The translations under genes and the position numbers were made by a program. Below are positions 34,124 to 48,614 of a stretch of DNA of 64,000 nucleotides, in pieces. Where the stretch lies: assembly GCA_050084515.1 (NCBI GenBank), contig CM114271.1:11284001-11348000 (forward strand). Reading direction: 5' to 3'. The stretch is from Blasia pusilla (taxonomy: Eukaryota). The notes under the pieces are model-generated. The model was not told the DNA's origin. It made no database searches and saw nothing but the letters and a program-made list of their open reading frames with translations. Position 1 is the stretch's first letter; each line of letters starts with the position of its first letter.

Positions 34124-37100
34124 CAAGGGCAATATAGGAACTATAGTTTTTCACTCTTCAGAGACATAGTGATATGGCCTTGCAAGAGCGGCTTGTCCGA
34201 CCACAGTCCGCACTAAGCCGACGTAGGCGATTACTGCAAACCAAGATGCGTTAGCACGGGACAATTCCACTTGCATCCATTTTTATGTGGCTTTGGTATC
34301 CACTTCAAAATTACTAATTTTTGCTGATTTTTTGTCAAAAAACTTATTTCAATATTGAGGCACTACAATCACACTCGGCTTGTTGTAGTTAGACATTGAC
34401 TTGTTATCAAAACACATGAAGTTTTTCCCCTGCCACACCAAGTCCTTTAGTCATGGTATTCAACTCAACAACTCCCCATTTGCTCATGGGCCAGAAATAT
34501 GTGTCCCCAATTTTGTCCGAATGCAGGAATTAAAGCAACCAGACGAACCTAGATTCTAAGGTACGAACGATTGCAGGGAATGGACCGACCGCCCTTCAAC
34601 ATTGAAGAGATGCAATAGCTGACGAAGTCCGTTACAACATTACAGTGTACAACTATTTGAAGCTAAGAATGAGTAGTACTAGAACCCAGAGGTTCATTTG
34701 AAGGAGGGAATGCGATCCCTTGAAACCTAAAATTTCAAAACTACTTTAGCTGGCAGTGTGTTCGGACAGTGTTCCACAACACAACGTATGAAGTGTGGCA
34801 GCATAAGTTTCAAGAGCCAACACAATATACAACTTGTAGCAATAGAAGATTTAGGAGCTGAATGACTCAAGTTCATGAAATATTTCATGGAAAGGTATAG
34901 AGACATGGTAGAGAATTGAAAAAAAGGACAACTTCCTATGCTGTGTCGCGAACTACCCTAAACGCCCTTACCGCTACGGATATGTTATCAGAATGTTGGT
35001 ATGTAGAATGCTTGTCTTCAAAATAAGGAGTGGTAGCCCCACCATATACTATCACAAAGCAAACCCAACAACACCGAATCTAAATCGAACCAATGAGCAA
35101 TCCAAACTTTTCTAGTCGACGCATATCTATGTGAAGTGGATGAGGGTGCCTACTTGATAGTGAAAAATGGTAATTGATTATTTTAGGTGCAAGTAAGCAG
35201 TGGTAGATGAGCAGAGAGATAGCTCTCTTCACAAAGATTGCATGCAAAAACAAAGGGAGTTAAAATTTGACGAGAAGAGAGGAAGCGACGAAGAGAGCCC
35301 GTGTAAGTGCACTTAGAAGAATAGGGGATCGATGACACCTTTATAGGAGGAGATCACCGTAAAATCAAAACAAAAAGAATGGAACCTCCATACTCTCGAC
35401 ATGTAGCAACCTTTGCGAGTTCAACACTCATGTATCTGCCAATTTCTAAGTAGTCGTAAGAGTGACCGTGAAGACAAGCATGACCACAAAGCTGCACCAC
35501 GAAAGAAGGAAAAGCGGAGGGAGGTCGGAGAGAGCAGAAAATGTATTACTCGACTCCTACACAGTCGTGTGGCCGACAACAAGCATAAGAACAAACACAA
35601 AGCTGCAACGGGTACAAAAGAAAAATCGAGGGAGATGAGGGAGAGCGGAAAAATATATACGGTACTGATATTCATGATGTAGATTCTCCATATGATGTCA
35701 TCTCTGTTTGAAACTATAATCTTGTTGCCATTAATTTAAGCCACATGGACGAGCTACGCCCAAATGCAACTTGGGTTGATCTTCATCAACCTTGAAGAGA
35801 CAGAAAAGGAAAAAATAGCCACGACATTCACCGTACTCATCGAAGAAACTCGAGAAACAATTTCCCCGCAGACAAAATAGAGCAATGGCGCATATCCCTG
35901 CCCTAAACAAGAAAAAACGGATTTTTTCATAAGCCATCAATGTGAATGGATAAGATTACCCCAAAATTGTCCCAAACGTGCCTAAACTGGATATTGCTTG
36001 AATAGTGCCTTACAAACTAGTGTTGTTAATCAGACTCATCAAACAAGACACATTATCACACATGACTTGGTGACACATGGATACCCTGCCCTCCTTCTGC
36101 ATATCGACCTGACGTGTTGCTACTGGAAATCGGTGTTGCGGAATCCTATTAGCAGGGGCCGCAACTACATTTGGAGATTAGTGACTCATTTGAGAGTTGT
36201 TAAAATTGACTCTGGTTTATTAAGGAGGGACCTGATCAAGGTCTCTCTTAATGGCACCTTACTATAAAATTATATGAAAAACTTCTCCCAATAATTGAAA
36301 TGTTTTCACCCATTGTGTGGCTTCTCCTTGTAGGGAGGAAGTTTTCATCGAAAATTGGTACATTTAGGGTCTATACAGAAGAGAACGAAAATTTTTAAAA
36401 TTTTCCTGATTCAGTCGGCTACTTGATACAAATGCCAAAAAGAGCATGTGTATTCCGTCTGTTTTCGGCGGTAACTGAGTCTTGAATTTTAAAATTTCTC
36501 CGGCTAGTTTATTCAACACATAACCCCGTTTTCCCCGGCCTTGTACTTCCGACAGGTTCCCATGTAAATTTTTTTAAAGTGTGGATTTGTACGATTTTAT
36601 AATGGGAAGTGTTCATGACATGTGTACATGAGCGGAAGGGTTTGTGTACATGACACGTAGTCTGCCTACATGATATGACATGACATGTAAACACCTTGGG
36701 AAATGAAACTTGTGCTCAACTTTTATCCCGGTGACCGATGATTCACATGGTGCAGGCTGGCGATACATTTTGCCTCCCGTGCCCAGGTCCGTCCTCTTGC
36801 CGTCCTGGTCTCCTTCGTTCGCCTCCGCTGCTTTGCAGCAAGCAGGCCGCAATTTGCTTCGCCCCTTTGACGTCACTCTCCACACTTCACAGGGATAAAT
36901 GACAAAGTCCACGTAAGTGAGCTATCATGTAGTCCCTGCGCTAGAGATCTCAACAGAGCTTCCCGATACCTTTTGTTGCGTCATTCATCAGACCAGGTTT
37001 TGGAGCCTGGAAACGGGACAAGTAACGGAGGAGAATTGAACTTGGTAGCGTGACGGAAAGATGCTGCTTTCTCTTCGCTGACGATGCGAACAAGGCTGGC

Positions 37101-37151
37101 GCGAGCGGGGGCCAATTCTGCTGTGTGTGGCTGATTCAGTGGGAAAACGTC

Positions 37152-40100
37152 ATGGAAGCACTACCGCTCGTCGCTCGCTGTAAGTGCAACTCTGGCCCGT
37201 TGCTGCTGCTAACTGTATGTTCTGGTGATGTTGATGATGAACTGCTTGTTGAGAAGGAATTTGTGTAAATCATATTACTGGCAGATCGATTCGCTAGTAT
37301 TGTGTGAATGTCAACAACTCCGATTCCTCGCGCCAGTCGTTGTTGGAAAGCCGCGTTGTTATTAGTCACCCGTCACCTTTTCTCCTCCGCCTTCAATCTC
37401 GTCACCGCGGAATTCCGATTAGGATTATCAGCGATGGAAAGCGGCACTGTCCTGTTTTACTAAACGTTGGAGGAGGCGACTTACCTGTATTTGTGCTTGA
37501 TGGTACAGTTTTGTTCTTGTTGCTCTTACCTCCGATCTATGCCATCCCGGAGCAGCAGGAGATGCGCTGCGAACATATAGTCCGATCCTGGTCGGAGACA
37601 GAGCTCACAAAATCTGTTCCTCAGGACTATGAGAAATTGAGGCTTCGGGATCTTCTTTTTTTTCTCCACATCCCTCGAACTGGCGGACGAACGTATCACC
37701 AATGGTGAGGCTTCGTTTTGCACTACCTTTTTGATACTTGGAGGAGCCTCCGCGAATAAATTGTGAGAGAATTTCACCGTTAACTCTCCTTGAGCTGATT
37801 ACTCTAAGTGTGGTATTTCTTCGACGTTTTCACTGAAATCATCTCGCAATAGTTGCTCGTAGACTGTTCGCTTTCAAGAATTTGGAAATTTCGGTATTTA
37901 CTGTTCACTAAATTGCTCATTGGGACTGCGGAAATATGCCAGCGTCTAAACACGCGGAGCCGAGTCATGGCTGCGTTTCAATCATTCAACAATTGCCACA
38001 ACCTTATAGTCAGCTTACGATAACCTTATAATCTTGCTGTTCATTTCTTCGTAGAGTTTTGATGAACTCTACTTTTTGTGTAGTTAGTTCTTCAAATTTT
38101 GACTACTCATCATTCGTTTCTTATATTGCAAGTACTGCATGTTCTAGAGTTTTGGTCGCGTAGGAGATTTTTTTTTCCATCAAAGCTGCGGTACAGTTTG
38201 CGAGCTCAGCAAATTTGTCATTTGTATGTTGACGGAGGATCTGTTCAATCGTAAATGTGCAACACAGGAGCTTTTGTGGGATCAATATCATTGAATCCTG
38301 CTGGCTAACCAATCTTTAGATATGGTTGAGATAGAGTGCGTTGTTTCTATAGATTTTTCGCTTAGTCGGTGATTTGAAAGCTTTATAGTTAATTTTTCGG
38401 TCTCTTACCGATTGACAGCGTTTTAAAGATCTTCAACCTATTTCAGATTCGCGCTTTGTATCTTTTCATCTTATCCTACCAGAGATACCTGGCAGGATGT
38501 GTCTTCGTTCATATGGAAGTTTTTGGTTCTGCCAACTAGTGCGCTTACCCCCATTCAACTTGATCACCCTTCTCTTATCCTTGATCTAATTCTAATAAAT
38601 TTTCCATGATGTGTTCAATTTGCAGTTTCCTGAAACATCTGTTCGGCTCAGATGAGAGATGTCCAAGGTCTTACGACAAACTGAGAATTGACACCAGGTC
38701 TGTTCAAACATTCTGTTTTGGCCAGATCTTTTGTGTTGGTCAAAACCTTATGCCTGCTGTAGTAAAGTGATGGACTTAATTCTTCCTGGGTCCTATATGA
38801 TTTTTCAAATCAGTCTCATACCCAACAAAGTCCAGAGATTTCTGTCGTTTATCCATTCAAATTGTCAAATTAATCTCATACCAAACAAAGTCCAAAGAGT
38901 TCTGCTGTTTATCCATTCAAATCTGTGGACATATTTTGCAGGGTTGTCACATTTTGTGCACAACTTTATTTGCATTGGAAGTTGCTCTTTTATGTTACTT
39001 GTAGACAGCTTAGACTTTGAGTGAATGCTTTGGACTTCTAGGATGCTTGAATGTGTGCCAAAGTTGTGATCTGTATTGGTTTTTAGTTGAATTTTGGTGT
39101 ATTTTTGTAAATTTTGAATGACAAGCCTTGAAGTGGTTGATGCAGGCAACCAGGGTGCCGACTTATTTCAACACATGATGACTTCAGCGTTTTACGAATG
39201 TTTCCAGATAACATAGCATCTGTAGTAACAAACCTGCGCAATCCTCTTGATCGTGTTCTTAGCTCTTACGAGTTTTCGGTTGAGGTTGCTTCACGCTTCC
39301 TAAGACATTATAAGACCGGAACCACAGTCCGCACAGGCAAGCCAAGAACTGGTCCCCGGCAAATGAGCACTCTTGATATCTGGCCTTGGAAGTATCTAGT
39401 GCCAATGATGCAGAAGGACATTTTTGCACGTGTAAGCTTCTTTCTATACTTTTTGGGAAATCCAATGTACAGTGGATATGTGTCTCCCTTCAATTGCGAG
39501 GTCCCTAATCACAAATAGGCAAGGAGAGGTCTGAGGTATATTTCTTTTCCTTCCAGCCAGCTAGATCATCTAACAAAATTGGTGAAGCTGGCTGTGTAGT
39601 GAAGGTCATGTATGCATGGTTTGGTGGTGGAGGCAGGTCTGGTAATTATCATTAAAGCATAGGATAAGGAGTGCACAAGATATTGATGTGAAGTTTGTGT
39701 CGTGACAGCGTGATGCAAGAGAGGCTGGATTATTGAAGTCTTTATTGGAAGTTCCTTTCAACCATTCCTATGACGTTGAGTCAATTGTGATGCCATTTCA
39801 AGAATTCATTGACCATCCCTTGGCACACGAGCTTGTGCATAATGGCGCAACATTTCAGGTGAGCAGATAATTTTGGAACATATTTGTACATCATAATCCT
39901 TTGCTAAAAAATGTTCCCAGCTTTTTGATAGAATTCACTACTATGGCTGTCTAGCTTTAATTGCATGATCCAAGTGGGAAAACAATTTTTTTGATATTTT
40001 TGAAAATTGAATAAATGGATTTCTTCCTTAAGTCTGTCTTTTATTTGATGAGGAGCGTTGACCTTAGATTGCAGGACTCACAAACAACTCCTACATTGAG

Positions 40101-43100
40101 GTGGCAAAAGAGATACGTTCTTGTGTGGTGAAGTATAAGCACCTTGGTCAATATGTGCTCAGCGTAGCCAAGGTTCTCTTTCCACCTTCCCAAGTCAAAC
40201 CTGTGAATGTGGTTGGAACAGGTCATTCATGTCTATTATTGCCCTTAAGTATTTTTCCACTGAACAAATCATTGTGTTTGAGTCTCTCCGTGGCTTCAAG
40301 TTCTTCTTAGAGCAGTTTGTAAGAAAGCCAAATTTTATTCTAGTCCTTTCAATGGATATGGACATGGAAATTTCAACTTGTTAACTCACCTTAGAAGTTT
40401 CTTGACAATGTCGAGAAAATGCTCAATGATTTCGTCCAATGTTGTTGACACGTGAGTTGAGGTACACATGGCTAGAGGTCAAGCGAAGGGCCATGATTAA
40501 GTTCGTGAATATATAGAACTGTGCTGAAGTATAGCGTAACCTACCTGACTGGATATGAGACATTGCAGTCAGGATCTATCTTTAGTTGGAGTGAAACAAC
40601 TCCTTTACCAATAATTTCTCTAGAACCAGGTTGTTGATCAGACTTTGAGTGGTTAGATTATAGTTGTGAAACTAACTACATTTACCAATTTATGATGGAA
40701 ATATATGCACTATGCAGAGAAGGTTGGATATTATGCTCTATGTTGGGCTTACGGAGAATCAAGAAGAGTCAGTAACCTTCTTTGCAAATGTTCTTCGAGG
40801 TCAAATTCCAATGGAGCGCAGAATCAAAGACCCAGAAAAGTCACAACCAGAAGGTCAAATTAAATGCCTACAAACTGGTGTAGTACTTGTTTTTACTTGT
40901 TCTTGGATAAAAGATCACAAAGGCTCTTTTTCATGAATTCTTTGGTGCAGGAATTCAACTCTCCAAAGCGAATTTTGATTGATAAATGGGGAATTGATTC
41001 CAGAGTCAAAGTTAACTGTGTAGCATGTGAAATGGTTCTTATGTGCTCATGTATCAAATTGTTGTGTTCCTGCAATAGGTCATCCGGTATCTATCTCAAA
41101 GAAAAGGTCTTATGAAGTGAAAGAGAATCTATTGATGGATCATCAACTTACAGAATTGAATAGGACATCTGAAACGAAGGATCAGGTTTGGAACTCAGAT
41201 TGACATGGTTTTCTTACTACCGTGAAATTTTCTAGTTGACTGTAATTCAATGGTCTTGGAAGAGAAGAAGAAAAGTTACCTGTGTTGGAAGAGCAAATTA
41301 AAGATCACTTTTCTCAAAAGGTTATCTTGAAATGATATGCAAAGTAATAGAGCCTGGTAAAAGGCTGACTGAGAGGATTGGGTAAAGTCTGGAGATCCGT
41401 AACATCAGAGACTATTGGATTTCATCACCAGTAGGTGTATCCAGAGCGTCATATGGCTTTATTTTATGTAGATGGAGTACCTACTTTGGTTTGGTGTCAG
41501 ATCGTTTCTAATTATAAATTAGACAAACAGGACTTCAAATCCCGTAGAGGCTAGTCAAGGGCCTTGAGATCTGTGTTGAAATGACTGACTTGTCTAGAGC
41601 AATTACTCATTATGGAAAATGGAAATCTTAAGCTTAGGATCAACAAGACCAAAGCCATTGTAGCAGTAGCTATCATTCAATTTACTCCATGTGAGCAGAA
41701 TTTTGTGAGTAGCATTTCGAAGTCAGATTAGTTGCTTTGATTTAAGAGTGCTTGAAGCTAGGTATGCAAGTTGTGTATCTTGTTCATAGGCTAAAGGTCG
41801 TAGGTTGATGGACAATATGCTAATCTCTTCAACCTATAACCCTTTGTCTAGGTGTCATGTTTGTACTTCTTGTTGTAATTATAAGAAGGGCAAAAAGTGG
41901 GAGCTTCCACCAAGTGAATCTGAAAAATGATGTTTCGCTAGGCTTGGATAATAGTCCAGTCAGGAGGCACTTTGTCTAGATGGTATGTTGATACTTGAGG
42001 TTTTAGTTCTAAGAAAGGCAAAGGGTGGGTGCTTACACTAATTGAATCCGCCATGTGAGGAGTCACTTCTGTGCAGCAGATGCTGTCTCATTATTTTAGT
42101 GAGAGTATATTACAAGAATCTGTACATGTGAAGAATTACAAGATCTTGCAATCTAATGATAGTGGTTGATAGGTCTACCAATAGTAGATTAGCCTATATG
42201 TAGATAGGTAGTTCTAGTTATCTGTTCAGTATATTTACACTCAATTACAAAAATTTTCATGATAACTAGATTATTTTTGGCAGGATGTGATCGATGATTT
42301 GTTGGACTCCTATGAAACCTGTGTGTCGGACTTGCGCTTCACTCAAGAAAGCCGCCGGGTGGTATCACTGGAGCTCATTGCGCCAATCAATTTCACGAGA
42401 AAGGTGTGGCTAAAATTAGCTAGTGGGTGAATCAATGTTGGACAAGAGAACTTTTCCAATTCGGATGTTTCTGAGACAGAGTTGGATGGCAGCAAGTCCT
42501 ATCCTCCTGTTTGTCCACACGGCCAATCAGATTAAGGCAGCAGGGGTCGTGAGTTTGTTAGTTTTGTTTCTAGGTATGTTCAGGTTGGTATGAGGTTCTT
42601 ATCGTGACTGCTTTGGAGCTGAAGGCAAAGTCGGTACCTGCAACTCTTCATTAGTGACGTGAGATCATCTTCTGCCTTGTCTCGTTCTCAGACTCCCAAC
42701 TGGTAAGGTCAGTATGCTGTCAAGAGGGGTGGAAGTCCAAACATTTCAATGTCTACAATGGAATGGCCTTTGATGTTTGAGAGTCCAGTGCTTCATGAGA
42801 TGTACTTTGAAGGGAAGTCTGTTTCTTAAGATCTTGAGATCATGGAATGAAAAAGCATTTTCAGTTTCTATTACGTATGATCAAGTACAGTTATGTGTCC
42901 TCTCATCCATCTTTTGTGGTAAGATAAAGACTCATCATGTTCTGGCTATTTTTTGCAGGAGAGGAAACTCATACCAGAGAGTGTCACAGGACAGGTGGTG
43001 CATCTGAATAGTTTAGATGTAGAACTTTACTCCCATGCACAAATGCTTTTTGCAAAGCAGCAGTATTTGCTCGAGCATGGTCTAAATAAGGTATCTAATG

Positions 43101-43836
43101 TAAATAATCTTTTGGTCTGCCTTTACAGTTTTCTTTATTTTACTCTAAGTAAATGAGGTATCTAATGTAAATAATTTATTGTTATTCTCTTCCTGGAGTT
43201 TTTCACTCCCCAGGATCAATGGACTTCTAAGTCTACTAGAAGTGAAATGCAAACGTGGGCCAAAGAACCTGAACTAATGAACTATGCAGTTGATTAAAGC
43301 TGTTTTATTAGATTTGGTCGCCACCAGCTTATATCAAACTACCCTTGGCAATCTAGAAAGCTTTGACAAGGGACGATGTTCAGCTCTTGTAGATTGGAGG
43401 CAACTCCTAGTTGCAGTGTGGAGGTTACACGCCGGAGACCCAAATAGTAGGACTTTTCAGTTTTCAGATTCAGCTGTAATAAGGTTGATAAGGTTGAAAA
43501 TTGACTGATTCAGTAGGCAAAGAGTCCTTACAGCGTTTGGTAAGAAGTGGAGAAATTCTTCTATGCCTCGAGAAATTGAGTCATTGACTGGGATTATATG
43601 TGATGCAGGAAAGAGACAGCCAGATTTTGGGCAGACAGAATGGAAAACCTCAGGAAGGCGAACTAAACAGTGTGCAACAAAACTCTAGCTTAAATGTGGT
43701 GGTCATTGGAGTTTTGGTGACTTTTTTCGGGCTGGTTATGACTACTCATGTGCTACTTAAGAAGAAATTTCCAAGAGAGCTGACACCGAGCCGCGGACAC
43801 CATTCCCTGTTCATGAAGGTACATGAGAAGGTTTGA
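37152..43836 (+). CDS. TPST: Plant-type protein-tyrosine sulfotransferase, ~10 exons, type I membrane protein
   Basis: Predicted exons: 37152-37179, 37509-37704, 38626-38697, 39146-39431, ~39709-39858, ~40069-40171, ~40719-40853, ~41079-41185, ~42284-42403, ~42959-43090, ~43609-43836 (one of the short middle exons is uncertain). Motifs: LFFLHIPRTGGRTY, CPRSYDKLR, THDDFS, LRNPLDRVLSSYEFSVEVA, HNGATFQIAGLTNNS, MLYVGLTE, LNSLDVELY. Signal peptide MEALPLVARFLFLLLLPPIYA and a C-terminal TM helix. Confidence 0.92.
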
Positions 43837-44615
43837 AAACGTAGTTCGGTTAAAATGAAAAATTCTTGTGTATATTCCCGTTGTCTTTCTTCACATCTAC
43901 AGAGCATGACAGTTGATGTGATGCCAATTTTGCACCGTTGAGAATGGACTGAGGCTACACAAGTCTCAATATCTGTCATCCGGGTTTGGCTGTTTCCTAC
44001 TATACGCCTTGGAGGATGATTAGAGTACTGTTTAGAAATAGGAAAGCCAGTGGATCTAGATAACTTACATTTAAGGTGAGCAGGACAGACTACGATGTTT
44101 GCTTATAGAGGAGGATTCAGGCATTTCCTAATTTGGATTGTTTGAGCCATCTTAAATCTGGCTCAAAACTTTCGAACACATACCGTTCATCAGCTCATAA
44201 CTGGGACCTTGGGTAGGTTAAAACGCCATGGGGACTCGGCTTGGAAATTCTTGAGTGGAGGACAGGTGGAAAGGGTTCAAAGAAACTCTTGCCAGCCAAA
44301 GTAGACCTAAGGATTAGACTAATCGTCGGCCTGCAGTGTGCACTGTGTCCACTAAACTTGGAAAACCTGTCCTGGCGTCGAAGGTCGGGTTTCAGTAGTG
44401 ATGGCTCTTTGTACCTTCTCTCGTTCCATTTGAGATTTTTTTAATAAACGGAAGGTTATGAACATTTCGAACTGAGCGAGTGCCGTCAAAATTTACCTTT
44501 ACGGGCTGTGGTCTGACATCTAGCAGTTTAAAGAGGCTTCATAGCAGGTTGCGTGTGTGCAGGGGGAAGATTTTCAGCCTGATGACATCCTCTCTTTAAA
44601 ATAGCTGCAGTGTGG

Positions 44616-46822
44616 TTATTCTGACCCGAAACAGGCATCGTACACAAGACTGGCTACGAGCACTGATGTCATGTTGCGAACGAAAGCCCTTCGCTTTTTA
44701 TTCATGGCTTCACTTCCTGTTTCGTTCAGTTCTGGACCCAGGACATTGAGGAGAGCTCCAGCCGCACAGACCTGACACGGAGGGAACAGTCAGTAGGGGC
44801 TGGGATAAAAACCGTCGACTTCATAGAAGACTGTCAAAGCTAATTTTTCGAGCAAGTAATAAGAGTCATCGTCCAGCAAAGCTTCAAAAGTCGTAAACAT
44901 TCCGCGACCAAGGTGAGACTCACAACACCTGCGCCCGTACTTCAGAGTTCGAGAGCAGCCCTATTAGCAAAGGAAGCGCCTGGGACTCTCGGATTATAAT
45001 TCGACTTGCGACCTCGCGGGATATGTTCTGAAGCGCTCCTGCTGCCGAACCACAAATCGATGGATGACTCCCTTGGAGCAATTTGATCAGATACTTGATG
45101 CCGTGTTTTACGCGAATAATACGAATCGCATCCACGTCAGAGCTCATGTTGTGCAAAGCTCCAACAGCCCGAGCCTTAACCTGTGCAAACATAAGCGGAT
45201 AGATGTAACAAATAAACTCCATACGAGTATTTATTGAATCGTCGATGTACGTGCCTAGTGATCACGTAGTCCTAACGGCTGCAACTGTTTTCCACTCACA
45301 TTTATGGACGGAACATCAAGGAGCTTAACGAGCAGTGGAATGGCCCCCAGATTGCGGACGACACGGCGACCCTCTGGCTGAAAACATATGCTCTGCAAGG
45401 CGCCTGCTGCGTTAGCTTGTAGCTCCTCGTCATCTGACGCGAGAAATTCAACCTGCAAGGCGTGGAGAAGATGTTCCATTGACCAGAGTTGCAAAAGAAG
45501 AGACTAGACTCTTAAGTCGATTGCAAAAGAAGGGTCAATATTCTCTGTACTGGACGGAGCTCCGGTTTTGTACGATTGTAGATGACAGGTCTTAGTTCCG
45601 TAGTTCCATTCGAGAGAGGGCGATATTCTGCACGTTGGACGTGCTGGACATGATTTCGGATCGGCGATCGATGAGAAAAGAGCTGGAGATTTCGCGTGCA
45701 TGATGCATGTATCACTAGTGCAGCCCTACGCTTGAGTTTTCACATGTTGTATTTCCATGGTCTTGAGAGGGCTCGTTGACACTGACGAACGAGCTGGTGA
45801 AGTAGTACTTCACATACTTGCCAAGGTCCGGACAAAATTGGCACCAGAGAATCTCCTACAACAGTGTAGGAAGATGAGGGGGAAGGAAGAAGAGACCAAA
45901 GTGGCCGCACCGCCGCACTCGATCACAACTTTGACATTCTCCTTTTCATAGCACACGTTGAGAATGACGTTAGCACCCTCTGCGGCAATTTTGGCAATGT
46001 GTTTGGAGTTGTTTAGATGCTTGATGACAGCTGATATTCCTTCTTTACCAATCGATCTTCGAGTGATATGTTTCCTCGACAAAATCTTTAGGCGTCCCAA
46101 AGTTGGCAAGAGTTCGTGCCTTTCCTGCAACACTCTCGATGGTTCCTGTAGTACCAATTTCAAATGGTCTAAAGCCGCCCTGTCCTGCGTATAACGATGG
46201 ACGAGGTTGAGTTCATTTTACAGCTAGGAATTACTTGTACAGATCTGACTTTAGATACCCGGAAAAATCTGGAGGACTGCAGCCAAGATCGATTCTTCTC
46301 ATAGTAGAACGCTAATGTTAAGCTATGCGCGAGGCGCGAGAAGTGCATCTTCCGACAATAACTATCCCAATCTTCGAAAAGTAACCAAAGTACGGAATAT
46401 TCAATTAATCGACAAACAAAACCTCAGAAATGATCAATTTGATCAATTGACAAGTTTGGGGACCCGAACCCCACCGAAACCGCATATTAGATATCCTCAC
46501 TGAAGGATACATCCACGAGTCGAAGGAACGCAAGACCTGTCTCTTACTTTACTCCGGAAGATTGTGATAGATAACGATTCACTCCACTCCTCTAGCATCG
46601 TTCAACAGTTACCGGAAAAAAACAAGAAGAGTATATGAGATAACTGAAGCCTATCATCAATCCCATCCGAAACTCCGACTGCGCTCACAGCCTTTCCATA
46701 ATGAAGAAATGAACCTCGATAAGTTCGTTGTCCAATGTGGTGATAGCTTTATTCAATGTGTTACCGACATGTACGTCGGCACCATGGGCATGCGGTGCGC
46801 TGTTGTTGTAGACACGATCCAT
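44616..46822 (-). CDS. Armadillo-repeat protein, ~5 exons
   Basis: Repeated ARM signatures across GT-AG exons: AAEGANVILNVC, LQANAAGALQSIC..GAIPLLVKLL, ARAVGALHNMS, SAAGALQNIS, CAAGALLNVL. Stop TAA at 44616-44618. First exon (ATG at 46822) is tentative. Confidence 0.85.
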
Positions 46823-47569
46823 AATTCCGAATGCAAATGGTTGTTGAGCGATGCGGAAACGGCATAGGCGCACGCAATTTCTCGATCTCGTCGTCACAAG
46901 ATTGACACTCGTCTCTTGCAGTACAGATTTCTAAACTAAGATAATACCTCTACGTTATTGCGAGCTCTACGGTCCTACGCTCGCCTCTGTAGAGACTCGA
47001 GATTGGCGTCTCCAGCACACAAATGCAGCCACACACACACGGCCATCTTTCTCTCGTGCGACGGATGGGATATGCAACGTATGCGTATTCCAGCGTTAGC
47101 TTTATCCTCACTTTCGTGGCTAAAGTTGGAGAATCGCTTCCGTATCGACATCGCTATGCTGAGTCTGATCATATCTGTACACGACTCTCTCGACATTCTG
47201 CGTACATCCATTTCACGAGTAGAGGGGAATATTAGACACTTTTTAACTAATACCTAACTGGATCCCTACTTTTCACGTGTAGAACTGAATATTCTACGCT
47301 TCTAAGGAATACGTAACCGGATCCAACCTTTTCAGGAGGAGAAATGGAATATAGAATATTTGACACTAACTGGACCCGTCATTTTCACGAGGACGAAGGG
47401 AATAATTTTCATAACTAGACAATACGTATCGGAATCACTCCTTCTCAACCGGTACAAGTGGAATACTCGGCACTTACATGAAAAGCGAAACCAAATCCAT
47501 CCTTTTGAGCCAGTGGAAGTGAGATACATTACATGAAGTGCATTTTACCCTGCATCGTCTTGTTCGGTA

Positions 47570-48612
47570 AATGGCATGTGTATGTCTCTGTTTCATTTTC
47601 TCCCCGGAGGCTATGTCCTCGTGTCAAAACGATTATGTCGGATTCTTTCTAGTGGACGAGAAAATGGCACATGAGAACTTTGTATTAAGTGCGCCTCGAT
47701 TTTAGGTGTGTAAAGTTTACCCGCCGCGAGGATTTAGCAGGTGTGCCTTCAACATCGTTTCATGTGAGAGTTCTCTCTGTTGCCACGCGTGGGCTTCACT
47801 CCGCCTACTTGCAATCTTGTTGCAATCTTGGTTCAGCATTATGAATTTCTGAATTCTCCCCAGCCGCGCGTGAGATTTTCCGACCTATGTTATGTTTCTC
47901 ACCACTAGTGCATACGTTAGTACCGTCTACGTTACTATTGCGGGCGAGGTTCCGGACTATCTTAGTGCGGATTTGCTAAGAATTAGATGGTTGTTGGATG
48001 TCTTTTGCTAAGGCTGGATGTTTTTTTTTTCCTCTTCTTTTCCCATTCACGCATGCATTGAGGGAGAGGAGGAGGAGAGGAGGAGGAGAGGCTCCAACAG
48101 AATAATTCATAATAAGAATTTATTAACGATTTTTTTTTCTATCTACTGCCTATACTAGTAGGTTCGGTTTTAAATGCATTCTTTTTTATGGCTTGTGTAT
48201 GTCTCTATTTTATTTTCTCCTTAGAGACTATGTCCACATGTCAAAAACGATTACTTGGTTTATCCTAACACCGTCCGATTCTTTCTAATGGAAGAGAAAA
48301 TGGCACGTGAGAACCTTGTATTAAGTGTGCCTTGATTTTAGGTATGTGAAGGTTACCCGCCGCGAGGGTTTAGCACACGTGCCTTCAACATCATTTCATG
48401 TGAGAGTTCTCTCTTTCGTTTGAGACTTCTCGGTTGCCACGGGTGGGCTTCACTTTGCATACTTGCAATCTTGTTGCAATCTTGGTTCAGCATTATGAAC
48501 TTCTGAATTCGTCCCAGCCGCACGTGAGATTTCTTGACATATGTTATGTTTCTCACTACTAGTGCCTACATTAGTACCGTCTACACTACTGTGGGTGAGG
48601 TTTGACTATATT
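47570..48612 (+). repeat. Imperfect ~400-bp direct duplication (about 47570-47960 and 48190-48612)
   Basis: Shared blocks such as GAGAAAATGGCAC.TGAGAAC.TTGTATTAAGTG and CTTGCAATCTTGTTGCAATCTTGGTTCAGCATTATGAA. Confidence 0.85.
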
Positions 48613-48614
48613 GG

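Noticed and set aside
38805-38925. 60-bp tandem duplication giving a repeated peptide in a 97-aa ORF
   Set aside because: It lies within a TPST intron, with no evidence of coding function.
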